From Acidobacteriota bacterium (GTDB lineage: Bacteria; Acidobacteriota; Terriglobia; Bryobacterales; Bryobacteraceae), in the NCBI GenBank assembly GCA_947470805.1, contig CANIVU010000029.1, forward strand, positions 1,583-65,582: DNA of 64,000 nucleotides, written 5' to 3'. How positions within the stretch are numbered: position 1 is the stretch's first letter; each line of letters begins with the position of its first letter. The notes under the pieces are model-generated. The model searched no databases. It worked only from the letters and a program-made list of their open reading frames with translations, and was not told the DNA's origin. The position numbers and the translations under genes are program-made. Positions 19,547 through 28,847 of this stretch are shown here, piece by piece.

Positions 19547-21604
19547 CTAGAGCGATTTCAGGTACTCGACCAGATCCCAGCGCTGGTCGTCGGTCATCTT
19601 CGTGCCGTACTCGTGACCGGCGTTCGAGTTGGTGAATTGAGAGGTATCGAAGAGGAAGCCGTCGTATTCGGATTCGCCGTGCTTGAGGCCCACCTTCTTC
19701 ACGTCGAGTTCGCGGGAGCCGACGCGGAACTTCTTCGGCCGGTCCGCGGCTGGCAGGAGCAGATCATATAGCGTCGGCACGGAGCCGTTGTGGAGGTAGG
19801 GCGCGGTGGCCCAGATGCCGTTGAGCGCCCGGCCCTTATAGGCCTGGAGCGATTGAAACGGAGCGGCGGTAGTGTCGGGGGTGTAATTACCCGCCTTGAC
19901 GCTGGGCTTGATGTCGTTGCCGGTGTATTCGTTGAACAGATCGACGGCCCATTCGGCGGCGCGGGTGAACCACCATTTATCGGGACTGGGGGTGGCGACG
20001 ACGTTTTCGGTGGCGGTGGTGAGGATGGCGGCGACGGGGGCCTTGGTGTTCAGCAGTACGGCGCCAACGCCGGCCTTCATGTACATGTTGCGCAGGATGC
20101 CGCTGAAGCCGTTGTACTGGACGCTGTTGTTGGCCATCGTCGGATCGGTCCCGGCGGCGGAGACCTTGTCCATGTGGGCAACGATGCGGCGACTGGAGCT
20201 GCTGCGATCGATGTTGGCGTGGCATGCAGCGCAGTGTTCGACGAAGAGCTTTTCGCCGCCGTCGCGCTTGGCGGGGTCGATGGCGGGCAGACCGGCGGCG
20301 GGGTCCTCCCAGCGGGGGGACTGGAGGCTCCAGAGACGGTCTTCCAACTGGCGCAGATTGTGGACGTTGACGGAGGACTGGAAACTGATGTGGGTGTCGC
20401 CGAAACCCTGGCCGCCGAGAACGGAGGAGACGGTCCAGCCTTTCTTCTGCTGCCAGTCGAGGGTGCCGAAGACGCCGATGACTTCGCCGGCGTTGCGACC
20501 GATGGGGCCGACGCCGCCGTTGGCGCCGATGCCGTTCCACTGCACGTAATCGTGTTGCGGAATGTCCCAAAGGAAGGGGTAGCTGACGGGGGCGTTGGGG
20601 GGATTGAAGACGCGGTCGCGGAGAGCGCGACGCTGCTCGATGGAGAGCAAGGCGACGAGGCGCTCCATGAGGTGGTCGCGATTTTCGCTGGTCAAGACTG
20701 GCTTCATTTTCTCCAGGAGCGCCTGGGACTGATCGAGAGGGAGGGCGCCGGTCAGAATCTCGCGGAGCGCTTCCGGATTGAGGACGTGTTCGAGAACGCG
20801 GTTGTAGATGCGGCCAAAGGCGTCGAGCCGCGCGTAGCCATAGGGCACGGGGGTCACGGAACCGTCGTCGTTGTGTTTGAAGCTGTCGTTGAAGAAGCTG
20901 TAGGCTTCCATGCGGAGGGTGTAGATGTCGAGGTCGAGGAGAATCTCGGCCTCGTCGTTGTAGTTACCGCTGTTCTTGACGGCGGCGACGAAGCGCTGGC
21001 GTTTGGCGGGGTCGGTCTTGGTGGCGGCGAGGGCGCGCCAGAGATCGTTCATGAAGCCGTCCATGTCGGCGGCGCCGGGGCCGCCATCGATGCGGATTCC
21101 GACGCCCTGGTAGTTAACCTGAGTGGTGTGGCAGGCGGCGCAGGTGAAGCCCATGTACTTCTTGCCACGATAGGTATCGGCGACCATGCCGAGCGGGAGG
21201 CCATCGGGGTTGCTCTTAGTGGGGCGCTGCGGGAGGTAACGGTAGCGGTTGACGTTTTCAGGGGCGCGGAAGGGCTGGTGCGCCTTTTCCTGTTCGACGT
21301 GGAGGAAGAAGTCGTAGGGGAGGAGGTTGGAGCCCTGGGTGGTGGAGTAGAACCAGAGGCTATCGGAGGCGGTCCAGCCTTGTTCGAGGTATTTCACCTG
21401 TTGGAACTTGTCGCCGAAGACGTCGGCGGAGACGGTGGCGGCGCCGCGGCCGGGGTCGCTGTCGGTGAACTTCTGGTAGAGGCTGCCGTACCAGGCGGTG
21501 GCGCGGACGAGGATGATCGCGACGAGTAGTGCGGCGGCGAGCCAGAGGGCGCGACGGCCGAGGGCGCCGATTTTGTGTATGAGATACACGAATGCCTTTT
21601 GCAT
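19547..21604 (-). CDS. Di-haem c-type cytochrome of the RoxA/cytochrome c peroxidase-like superfamily
   Basis: Two CAACH motifs; YARLDAFG, PVSYPFLW, GIWATAPYLHNGSVPTL, GHEYG..LVEYLKSL. Confidence 0.85.
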   Translation of the reverse strand: MQKAFVYLIHKIGALGRRALWLAAALLVAIILVRATAWYGSLYQKFTDSDPGRGAATVSADVFGDKFQQVKYLEQGWTASDSLWFYSTTQGSNLLPYDFFLHVEQEKAHQPFRAPENVNRYRYLPQRPTKSNPDGLPLGMVADTYRGKKYMGFTCAACHTTQVNYQGVGIRIDGGPGAADMDGFMNDLWRALAATKTDPAKRQRFVAAVKNSGNYNDEAEILLDLDIYTLRMEAYSFFNDSFKHNDDGSVTPVPYGYARLDAFGRIYNRVLEHVLNPEALREILTGALPLDQSQALLEKMKPVLTSENRDHLMERLVALLSIEQRRALRDRVFNPPNAPVSYPFLWDIPQHDYVQWNGIGANGGVGPIGRNAGEVIGVFGTLDWQQKKGWTVSSVLGGQGFGDTHISFQSSVNVHNLRQLEDRLWSLQSPRWEDPAAGLPAIDPAKRDGGEKLFVEHCAACHANIDRSSSSRRIVAHMDKVSAAGTDPTMANNSVQYNGFSGILRNMYMKAGVGAVLLNTKAPVAAILTTATENVVATPSPDKWWFTRAAEWAVDLFNEYTGNDIKPSVKAGNYTPDTTAAPFQSLQAYKGRALNGIWATAPYLHNGSVPTLYDLLLPAADRPKKFRVGSRELDVKKVGLKHGESEYDGFLFDTSQFTNSNAGHEYGTKMTDDQRWDLVEYLKSL

Positions 21605-21773
21605 GGAGGCGGTCCTTGGATTGGAATAGGGCGGACTAGTAAGTCAAGACCGAGTAACTCGGGTGAATGCGCGCTCAATTACAACACAGGCGGGAAAGGG
21701 TGTCAACCCAAAACCATCCATTCGTTTTTGTTTCTTGTGTCACCAAATTCGCGAGGATATCGCTTGGGTGTTC

Positions 21774-23066
21774 ATGCGATTCTTTTTGCTCACTTTGATT
21801 CTGATAGCAGGCCTACGTCCAACGTGCCAGGCCGCGAAGACACGGATCTTTACGATGGAGGTGACGGTACGGGACGTCGCGGGAAACCCGATCCTGGGAG
21901 CCGGCGGAGTGCGGGTGGAGTTGAAGCAGTTTCCATCGGGAAAACAGGCTGCGTCTGGCGGCGCGGTGGAGTCAGGAGCGGCGCCGGGCGTGTACCGGGC
22001 TACGTTCCGGGAGGCGACAGGGATTTCGGCGGATTCTGCGGTACTGGAGAACCAGAGCTGGCAGGTGCGGGTCAGCGCGTCCGGCTACAAGGAGCGTTCG
22101 TTTGGACCACTGCGACTGAAGGAGCAGGACGGCCAAATTGTACCCGCCGAGGAAACGGCCAGGCTCGAAACGACACTGCTGCGGAACGGGCGGGAGTGGC
22201 AGGCTCAGTTTTCGTGTCCGCTGCCGGAGGCGCCATTGCCGGCGGCGTTTGTGCGACTGAACAACATCCTGGATGGCAAACAAGACAAATGCGCTCCGGT
22301 GCCGCAGGATGTCTACCTGCAGGTGCTTCGCGCCCCATTGCGAAGCCTGTTCAGAAAGAACCCGTCCATCAACGTTGGAACGTTATCGAAAAGCGGGTTT
22401 TACCAACTAGAGACCGAGAAGCACCCGGAGCAGGCGGCGCGGGCACGGGCGGCGATGCTGAACATCGCCCACGCGCTGAACACGGAAGCCGAAGCGGGCT
22501 GCATGGCACCCGCGCAGCCGGACTGGCTGGCGGAGATCCAACGTGTGCTGGTGATCAGCGAAGAGCGGATGATTGCACGGGTGAAGAAAGAGCTTTACCT
22601 GCGCGTACTGGAAATGGCGAATAACGCTCAGGTGTATACGTGCCAGTCGACGGTGACGGCGAGTGTGGCGCTGCACCTGTTTGACGATCCGGTGCTGTGG
22701 AAGACAACGGGTACCCGCGCGCGCGCCAGAGACACGCACAGCATCAAGACGCCATTATGCCAGGGGAATGTACAGATTACGGCGGCCAAGTTCGGCGATG
22801 GTGAGAACGCGGTCTATTTGGCCGATTTCGACATCGACGAAAATCTGGCGGCTGGGGCCCACTTGCTGGACGTGGTGCGTCACGCGGTGACAGGCCGGGG
22901 TACGGACGCCTACGAAGTGTACGAGATGCTGGTGGCACGGGGGCGGCACACCGAGGTAGAGATGGGTTACCGACTGGCGCAGCAAGGCAAGCCCGTAAAT
23001 CAGAGTTGCCCGGAAGCGAGGCGTCCGCTGATTACCGCGGATGGAACAGCAGCAGGTCCAAACTGA
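21774..23066 (+). CDS. Hypothetical secreted protein with carboxypeptidase-regulatory-like N-terminal domain
   Basis: Signal peptide; VTVRDVAGNPI..VRVSASGY pattern. Confidence 0.6.
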   Translation: MRFFLLTLILIAGLRPTCQAAKTRIFTMEVTVRDVAGNPILGAGGVRVELKQFPSGKQAASGGAVESGAAPGVYRATFREATGISADSAVLENQSWQVRVSASGYKERSFGPLRLKEQDGQIVPAEETARLETTLLRNGREWQAQFSCPLPEAPLPAAFVRLNNILDGKQDKCAPVPQDVYLQVLRAPLRSLFRKNPSINVGTLSKSGFYQLETEKHPEQAARARAAMLNIAHALNTEAEAGCMAPAQPDWLAEIQRVLVISEERMIARVKKELYLRVLEMANNAQVYTCQSTVTASVALHLFDDPVLWKTTGTRARARDTHSIKTPLCQGNVQITAAKFGDGENAVYLADFDIDENLAAGAHLLDVVRHAVTGRGTDAYEVYEMLVARGRHTEVEMGYRLAQQGKPVNQSCPEARRPLITADGTAAGPN

Positions 23067-23802
23067 ATGTCACCGGCTGGGCTTCCGGCGGACGTGGCTG
23101 CAGGGGCCGGTAGATGGCGAGCAGGACGTCGGCCACGCCGGCGGCGTCGAGGGCGGCGGTGGTGGTGACACGTTCGCGGGCAGCGAGGGTGAAGTCGCTG
23201 GCGAAGGTTTCGATGGTGCGGTCGATGCGGTCACGGCCGGCGCCGCGGAGTTCGATGAGATCTTCCGGGGCTGGGATGGCGACCAGGAGCCGGCCGCCGG
23301 AATGCAGCACGCGGCGGAACTCGGCCGGGTTCATGCGGGCGGTAATGGAGACGACGGCGGAGAAGGCGCCATCGGCATAGGGAATGGCGCGGTCGGCATT
23401 GGCAACGACCCAGGAGCAGGCGGGGTACTTCTTCGCCGCGGCGTCGATGGCGGGGATGGAGATATCGACGCCGTGGGCGGCAAAGCCGGTTTGGGAGGCG
23501 AGCGAACCGAGATAGAAGCCTTCGCCGCAGCCGGCGTCGAGGATGGATTCCTCGGCCTGGGGGGCGAGCATGGAGGCGATGCCGGCCAGAAGAGGCGCGG
23601 TGACGCCACGGGCGTGCAGGCGGCGGCGGGCGGCGACGGCATCGGCGGAGTCGCCGGGGTGTTTGGATTTCTTGTCCTGGGGCTGAAGGAGGTTAACGTA
23701 GCCGCTGCGGGCGACGTCGAACGAATGGCCGCTGCCGCAGACCCAGAGGCGGGCGTCGCGGAGGAGCGGTTTCTGGCAGTCGCGAACGGGGCAAAGGAGC
23801 AT
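23032..23802 (-). CDS. rlmA: 23S rRNA (guanine-N1) methyltransferase, RlmA-like
   Basis: Zn finger CP..C..C..GHSFDVARSGYVNLL, PGDS, LDAGCGEGFY. Confidence 0.85.
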   Translation of the reverse strand: MLLCPVRDCQKPLLRDARLWVCGSGHSFDVARSGYVNLLQPQDKKSKHPGDSADAVAARRRLHARGVTAPLLAGIASMLAPQAEESILDAGCGEGFYLGSLASQTGFAAHGVDISIPAIDAAAKKYPACSWVVANADRAIPYADGAFSAVVSITARMNPAEFRRVLHSGGRLLVAIPAPEDLIELRGAGRDRIDRTIETFASDFTLAARERVTTTAALDAAGVADVLLAIYRPLQPRPPEAQPVTFSLDLLLFHPR

Positions 23803-23858
23803 GGGGGAAGTTCGCGGAAGCGCTCCTTTCATTATAATTCGGGGCTTATCATCAAAAC

Positions 23859-24311
23859 ATGAAGGTCGCCGAGATCATGAACCGCGCTCCGCTTTCGCTG
23901 CGCGACGACGAGACGTTTGGCAGCGCGTTCGAACGGCTGCGGGACGCGCAGGTGACGACGATCCCAGTGGTGGACGCTGACGGTGTCTACGAGGGCATTT
24001 TCGATCTGAAAGACATCTGGCGGCTGCTGTTGCCGCGGGCGGCGCATCTGAACCGGAATTCGATTGAAGATCTTTCGTTCGTATCGAGTTCGCTGGATAG
24101 AATGAAAGACGAGATCAGCGAGGCGGCTCCGTTGCCGATCCGACAGTTTCTGACCGCCGACGACCTGCCCGTGGTGTACGCCGATAGTCCGGTTCAACAG
24201 GCCATTCTCCTCATCGACAAGTACGGCGAGACGGTGGCGGTGGTGGACCGGCAGACGCGAAAACTGGTGGGCACCGTGTCGGCATGGCAGATCCTGGACG
24301 CGCTCCGGTAA
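23859..24311 (+). CDS. CBS domain protein
   Basis: MKVAEIM, IPVVD...YEGI, VAVVD...LVGTVS; tandem CBS pair. Confidence 0.85.
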   Translation: MKVAEIMNRAPLSLRDDETFGSAFERLRDAQVTTIPVVDADGVYEGIFDLKDIWRLLLPRAAHLNRNSIEDLSFVSSSLDRMKDEISEAAPLPIRQFLTADDLPVVYADSPVQQAILLIDKYGETVAVVDRQTRKLVGTVSAWQILDALR

Positions 24312-24338
24312 CTACCCTTTTAGGAGACACACGCCCGC

Positions 24339-25664
24339 ATGCATGGAGAGACCGCCTATGGATGGAGCGCGGCGTGGTTGGCCACCGGTGTTTTTGTTGG
24401 CACTTATGCGCTGGTGATCAGCGACAAATTGAACCGGGCGGTGCTGGCGCTGCTGGGCGCGGCGCTGTTGATTCTATGTGGTGTGCTGAACCAGGAGGCG
24501 GCGATCCGAGGGATCGATTTCAACACCATCGGCCTGCTACTGGGGATGATGCTGATCGTTAACATCACGGCGAAGTCGGGCGTGTTTCAGTATGTGGCGA
24601 TCTGGTCGGCGAAGCGGGTGAACGCGCAGCCGTTGGGGGTGCTGTTCATGCTGTCGATGGTGACGGCGCTGCTGTCGGCATTGCTGGATAACGTGACGAC
24701 GGTATTGCTGGTGGTGCCGGTGACGCTGCTGATCACCGAGGAATTGAAAGTGAAGGCGTATCCGTATCTGATCGCCGAGGTGCTTTGCTCCAATATTGGC
24801 GGCACAGCGACGCTAATTGGCGACCCGCCGAACATCATGATCGGCTCGCTGGTGGGGATTCCATTTAACGACTTCATCTACCATCTGACGCCGGTGGTGA
24901 TTGTGGTTCTGCTGGTGTCGGCTGTGCCGTTCTATTTCCTTTGGCGGACGGAGCTGGTGGCAAGCGAGAAGGCGCGGCGGCGCGTGATGGAGTTCGAAGA
25001 GCGGGAGGCGATTCACGACTGGCGACTGCTGCGGCAGGCGCTGTTCGTGCTGGCGCTGGTGCTGACGGGCTTCTTCACTTCGCGGTTAACGCACCTGGAA
25101 CCGGCGACGGTTTCGATGGGCGGGGCGGCGTTGTTGTTACTGCTGGATAATTTCCGGAAGAGCGCCGAGGAGCAGGGGGCGAGCGTGCAGAAGGCGTTCG
25201 CGGAGGTGGAGTGGGTGACGCTGATGTTCTTCGCCGGGCTGTTCATTCTGGTGCACGGGCTGGAGGCGTCGGGCGTGATCCGGGCGATGGCGGAGAAGTT
25301 GCTGGCGGCGACGCAGGGGGACCGGACGGTGACGGTGTTGGCAGTGTTGTGGGGGTCGGCGTTTCTGTCGGCGTTCATCGACAATATTCCGTTTGTGGCG
25401 GCGATGATTCCGCTGATCAAAAGCATGGCGCCGGCGTTCGGCGGGGAGCAGGGACTTATGCCGTTGTGGTGGGCGTTATCGCTGGGCGCATGTTTGGGAG
25501 GGAATGGGACGTTGGTGGGAGCGTCAGCGAATCTGGTGGTTGCCGGGCTTGCCGAACGCGCCGGGCAGCCGATCAAGTTCGTCCCGTATTTGAAGTCGTG
25601 CTTCGGGCTGATGATTCTTTCGATCCTCGTTTGCCACGTTTATATCTATTGGCGCTACCTGTAG
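24339..25664 (+). CDS. ArsB/NhaD (SLC13-like) ion transporter
   Basis: SALLDNVTT, SNIGGTATLIGDPPN, SAFIDNIP, GGNGTLVGASAN. Confidence 0.9.
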   Translation: MHGETAYGWSAAWLATGVFVGTYALVISDKLNRAVLALLGAALLILCGVLNQEAAIRGIDFNTIGLLLGMMLIVNITAKSGVFQYVAIWSAKRVNAQPLGVLFMLSMVTALLSALLDNVTTVLLVVPVTLLITEELKVKAYPYLIAEVLCSNIGGTATLIGDPPNIMIGSLVGIPFNDFIYHLTPVVIVVLLVSAVPFYFLWRTELVASEKARRRVMEFEEREAIHDWRLLRQALFVLALVLTGFFTSRLTHLEPATVSMGGAALLLLLDNFRKSAEEQGASVQKAFAEVEWVTLMFFAGLFILVHGLEASGVIRAMAEKLLAATQGDRTVTVLAVLWGSAFLSAFIDNIPFVAAMIPLIKSMAPAFGGEQGLMPLWWALSLGACLGGNGTLVGASANLVVAGLAERAGQPIKFVPYLKSCFGLMILSILVCHVYIYWRYL

Positions 25665-25917
25665 GACGGGCGAAAAATATTTTCATGCCGTGATCAAATC
25701 CGGCCGTACCTGTCGCTGAGTGTCACAGAGAACGCAACATGACGATTATTGCCACGCTTCATTCCTTCTTCCAGCCCGCGACACGCACGGCAGAGACCCC
25801 GGCGCTGAAATGGCAGGCGCCGCCGCCGATGACCGATGACGCCCTGCACGGCGGGCGGGCGCGGACAGTACGCAAGGTGGCCTGTCCGGCGCCCACGTTC
25901 TTACCGGCGCGGGGAGT

Positions 25918-26781
25918 TCAATCGTAGAGCAGCTCGGCATAGCGGCCGTCGGCGTTGAGCTTTGACTTCAGATCGAGCCACGGCTCCTTACCGCCAGCCA
26001 TCTCCTCCATCGCCACTTCGAACTTCGTTTCGGCGGCGGTGAGCCCGGCGACGTAGACGAAGGTCTTGGAGTCCTGCAGCATCTCCCAGATTTCGGCGGA
26101 GTTTTCGAGCAGCACGCGGTCGAGCGCGGGCGGCGCGTCGTAGTGCGGGCGGGGACTGATGGCTTCGAAGGCGCGGAAGGAACTCTGATCGTAGTAGAGC
26201 GCCAGATCCTTGCGGAAATCGTTCATGTAGAGCAGTTCCATGCCGCTCTTGGCACCGAAGAAGAGCCGTACTTTTCCCTGCCAGGCGCCGTGGCGCTGAT
26301 AGATGTGCTTGACGAAGGCACGGAAGGGGGCGATGCCGGTGCCGGCACCGACCATAAGGAGATTGGCATCGTCGTTCTGCGGCACTTCGAACTGCACGCC
26401 GTAGGGGCCGGTGATTTGAATGGGATCGCCTGGATTGGCATCGCACAGGAAGTTGGAAGCGCGCCCCGGGTAGCGCTCGCCGCTGATGTCATCGATGGAG
26501 AAGCAGCGGCGAACGCAGATGGAGATGGTATCGCCGCGGCCATCGTCGCCGCCGCGGGGGCTGGCGATGGAGTACAGGCGCAGATGGTGCTCGTTGCCGA
26601 ACTCGTGGGGGCCGGGGGCGAGAACACCGATGCTCTGGCCCTCGACGTAATCGAACGGCGTGTCGGGCAACCGGAGCACCAAGTGGCGCACCTCCGCCTC
26701 CCAACCCAGGGGCGTAATCCGCTCGCTACTGACAAGCGTTGTCGTGTAGGAGTGATTCAGATCGTATTCATTCAGTCTCAT
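25918..26781 (-). CDS. Ferredoxin-NADP+ reductase (plant-type FNR family)
   Basis: LRLYSIAS, GRASNFLC, TGPYG, GTGIAPFR, near-terminal Tyr. Confidence 0.88.
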   Translation of the reverse strand: MRLNEYDLNHSYTTTLVSSERITPLGWEAEVRHLVLRLPDTPFDYVEGQSIGVLAPGPHEFGNEHHLRLYSIASPRGGDDGRGDTISICVRRCFSIDDISGERYPGRASNFLCDANPGDPIQITGPYGVQFEVPQNDDANLLMVGAGTGIAPFRAFVKHIYQRHGAWQGKVRLFFGAKSGMELLYMNDFRKDLALYYDQSSFRAFEAISPRPHYDAPPALDRVLLENSAEIWEMLQDSKTFVYVAGLTAAETKFEVAMEEMAGGKEPWLDLKSKLNADGRYAELLYD

Positions 26782-26990
26782 CTTGCCTCTCCCAATTCCG
26801 CCTTATCCGTGTGGCAACTGCCTTTGTTGGCGCAACCACCGCCGCAGCCGTGGAGCATAAAGTCCAGAACGTCCTTGTCCGGGTTCCGGCACCCGGAGCG
26901 CCGGCGAACCACGTTCTGTAGAAAGACCCAGAAACAGAGGACGGCAAATAATCCGCCCACCGCACGCAGTAGATTCCAGAGTTCGCTCAT
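26778..26990 (-). CDS. Small single-TM Cys-rich protein (70 aa)
   Basis: MSELWNLLRAVGGLFAVLCFWVFLQ...HGCGGGCANKGSCH; 4-nt overlaps with both rnfA and the FNR gene. Confidence 0.75.
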   Translation of the reverse strand: MSELWNLLRAVGGLFAVLCFWVFLQNVVRRRSGCRNPDKDVLDFMLHGCGGGCANKGSCHTDKAELGEAR

Positions 26991-27571
26991 CCGCCACCTC
27001 CCATACCGGCGAAGCCCATGAAGGCCATCGAAAGCACGCTGGCCAGCACTAGCGTGAGGGCGGTGCCGCGGGCGAGGCTGGAAATGTCGGAAAGTTCCGT
27101 GCGTTCCCGGACCAGCGCGAGCAGGCACATGGCCATGCAGTAACCGCCGCTGGCCGACAGCGCAAAGACGGTGCTTTGTACGAAGTTGTAGTTGCGTGCC
27201 GTTTGAAAGAGCGGCACGGCGAGCACGGCGCAATTGGTGGTGATCAGCGGCAGGTAGACGCCGAGTTCGCGGAACAGCGCCGGGCTGTTCTTCTTGATGA
27301 ACATCTCCGTCAACTGCACAGTGGCGGCGATGATGACGATGTAGACGATTAACCGCAGATATTCGACGTGGAGCATGACCAGCACGATGTTCATGCCGTA
27401 GGAAAGAATGCCGCTGACGGTGATGACGAACATGACCGAGACGCCCATGCGCCATGCAGTGGAGAACTTCGCCGACAGGCCCAGGAACGAACACATCCCG
27501 AGAAAAACGCAGAGAACGAAGTTATTGATGAGGAACGAGTCGACGAATATGTGACCTAGTGATTCATTCAT
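26987..27571 (-). CDS. rnfA: Rnf electron transport complex subunit A
   Basis: NNFVL..FLGMCSFLG, LGVYLPLITTNCAVL, LSMAFMGFAG. Confidence 0.93.
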   Translation of the reverse strand: MNESLGHIFVDSFLINNFVLCVFLGMCSFLGLSAKFSTAWRMGVSVMFVITVSGILSYGMNIVLVMLHVEYLRLIVYIVIIAATVQLTEMFIKKNSPALFRELGVYLPLITTNCAVLAVPLFQTARNYNFVQSTVFALSASGGYCMAMCLLALVRERTELSDISSLARGTALTLVLASVLSMAFMGFAGMGGGG

Positions 27572-28224
27572 GAGCGCACCTCGGCGGGCTGGATTTCCGT
27601 GAGACCGGCTTGCAGTTGCCGTTGCTTCCGTTCCCGGAAGGTGGCGAAGACGAGCAGCCAGATGGCGAGCGAAATGAAGCCTCCGGGAGGGAGGAGGAAC
27701 AGCACCCACGGCTCAAAGTTGGGGCCAAACAGCGGGATGCTGAGGAACGTGCCGGCGCCCAGAACTTCGCGCACCGTACCCAGGCAGGTGAGGCCGAAGG
27801 CGAAGCCCAGGCCCATACCGGCGCCGTCCATCATGGAGGGGATAACGGGCTTCTTGGCGGCGAAGGCTTCGGCGCGTTCGAGTACCAGGCAGTTGGCGAC
27901 GATCAATGGGATGAACGGCCCGAGCGCCTTGTACACCGGGATGCTGATGGCTTTGACGAGATAATCCGTCACCGTGACGGCAGTGGCGATGATGGCGATA
28001 TAAGTCGCGATGCGCACCTGTTTGGGGACGTGTTTGCGGATGGCGGCGATGAGGCCGTTGGAGATCACCAGAACGAAGGCGGTGGCCAGGCCCATGGCGA
28101 TGGCGTTGCGCACGCTATTGGTGATGGCGAGCGTCGGGCACATGCCGAGGATCTGGACGAATGTCGGGTTCTGACGCCAGAGGCCGTTCAGAAAGGGGTT
28201 CGGAGGTGTGGTGGTGGTGCTCAT
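27568..28224 (-). CDS. rnfE: Rnf complex subunit E
   Basis: NPTFVQILGMCPTLA, FIPLIVANC, REVLGAGT, LPPGGF. Confidence 0.93.
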   Translation of the reverse strand: MSTTTTPPNPFLNGLWRQNPTFVQILGMCPTLAITNSVRNAIAMGLATAFVLVISNGLIAAIRKHVPKQVRIATYIAIIATAVTVTDYLVKAISIPVYKALGPFIPLIVANCLVLERAEAFAAKKPVIPSMMDGAGMGLGFAFGLTCLGTVREVLGAGTFLSIPLFGPNFEPWVLFLLPPGGFISLAIWLLVFATFRERKQRQLQAGLTEIQPAEVRS

Positions 28225-28847
28225 CAGTTTCCTCGCTCAATGCGCTCTTTGTTGCGCTGAATGACGGGCTCCATTTCGCGGATGCTGTTGGCCAGCAGGC
28301 GGCCGACGGCGCGGGAGGAGATGGTGGCGCCGGAGATGGCGTCGATCTCCCAGGGGTTCTTTTTGGTGCCGTGCTTGACGGCGGTGATGGGGTGGCTGGC
28401 GTCGAGCGCCTTGAAGTTGGCCAGGAAGTCCGGATCGGTACCGATCTTGTTGCCGAGGCCGGGCGTTTCCCGCATTTCGACGACGGTGAAGCCGGTGACG
28501 GTTTTGGCCGAGGGCGAGTAGGCGTACATGGCCGAGATGATGTCAGCGTAGCCGCGTTCATTGGCTTCGAGCACGACGCCGAGCAGTTTGCCGCCTTTGT
28601 CGTAACCGGCAAAGAGGCGTTTGGCGGTAGTCTCGCCGCCGGTGTGAACGGCGAGTTCGCCGGAGGGCTCGATGACGTAGACCGTCTGGTGATCCATGCC
28701 GGGGAGCAGTTGGATGAGCGACTCACGGAGGATGGTTTCCTGATTGATCTGGATGCGGCCGTGGGTGACGATGTTGACGCCGACGATCAGCATGCCGCAG
28801 ATCAGGGAGAGCACACCGAGAAATCGAATCATGACGACGCTGTTCAT
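28224..28847 (-). CDS. rnfG: Rnf complex subunit G (FMN-binding)
   Basis: N-terminal TM, ETPGLG, flavinylation motif DAISGATISS. Confidence 0.92.
   Translation of the reverse strand: MNSVVMIRFLGVLSLICGMLIVGVNIVTHGRIQINQETILRESLIQLLPGMDHQTVYVIEPSGELAVHTGGETTAKRLFAGYDKGGKLLGVVLEANERGYADIISAMYAYSPSAKTVTGFTVVEMRETPGLGNKIGTDPDFLANFKALDASHPITAVKHGTKKNPWEIDAISGATISSRAVGRLLANSIREMEPVIQRNKERIERGN

Noticed and set aside
25739..25927. 62 aa plus-strand ORF after the transporter
   Set aside because: No motif and weak start signals; it cannot be supported, though it is not excluded.
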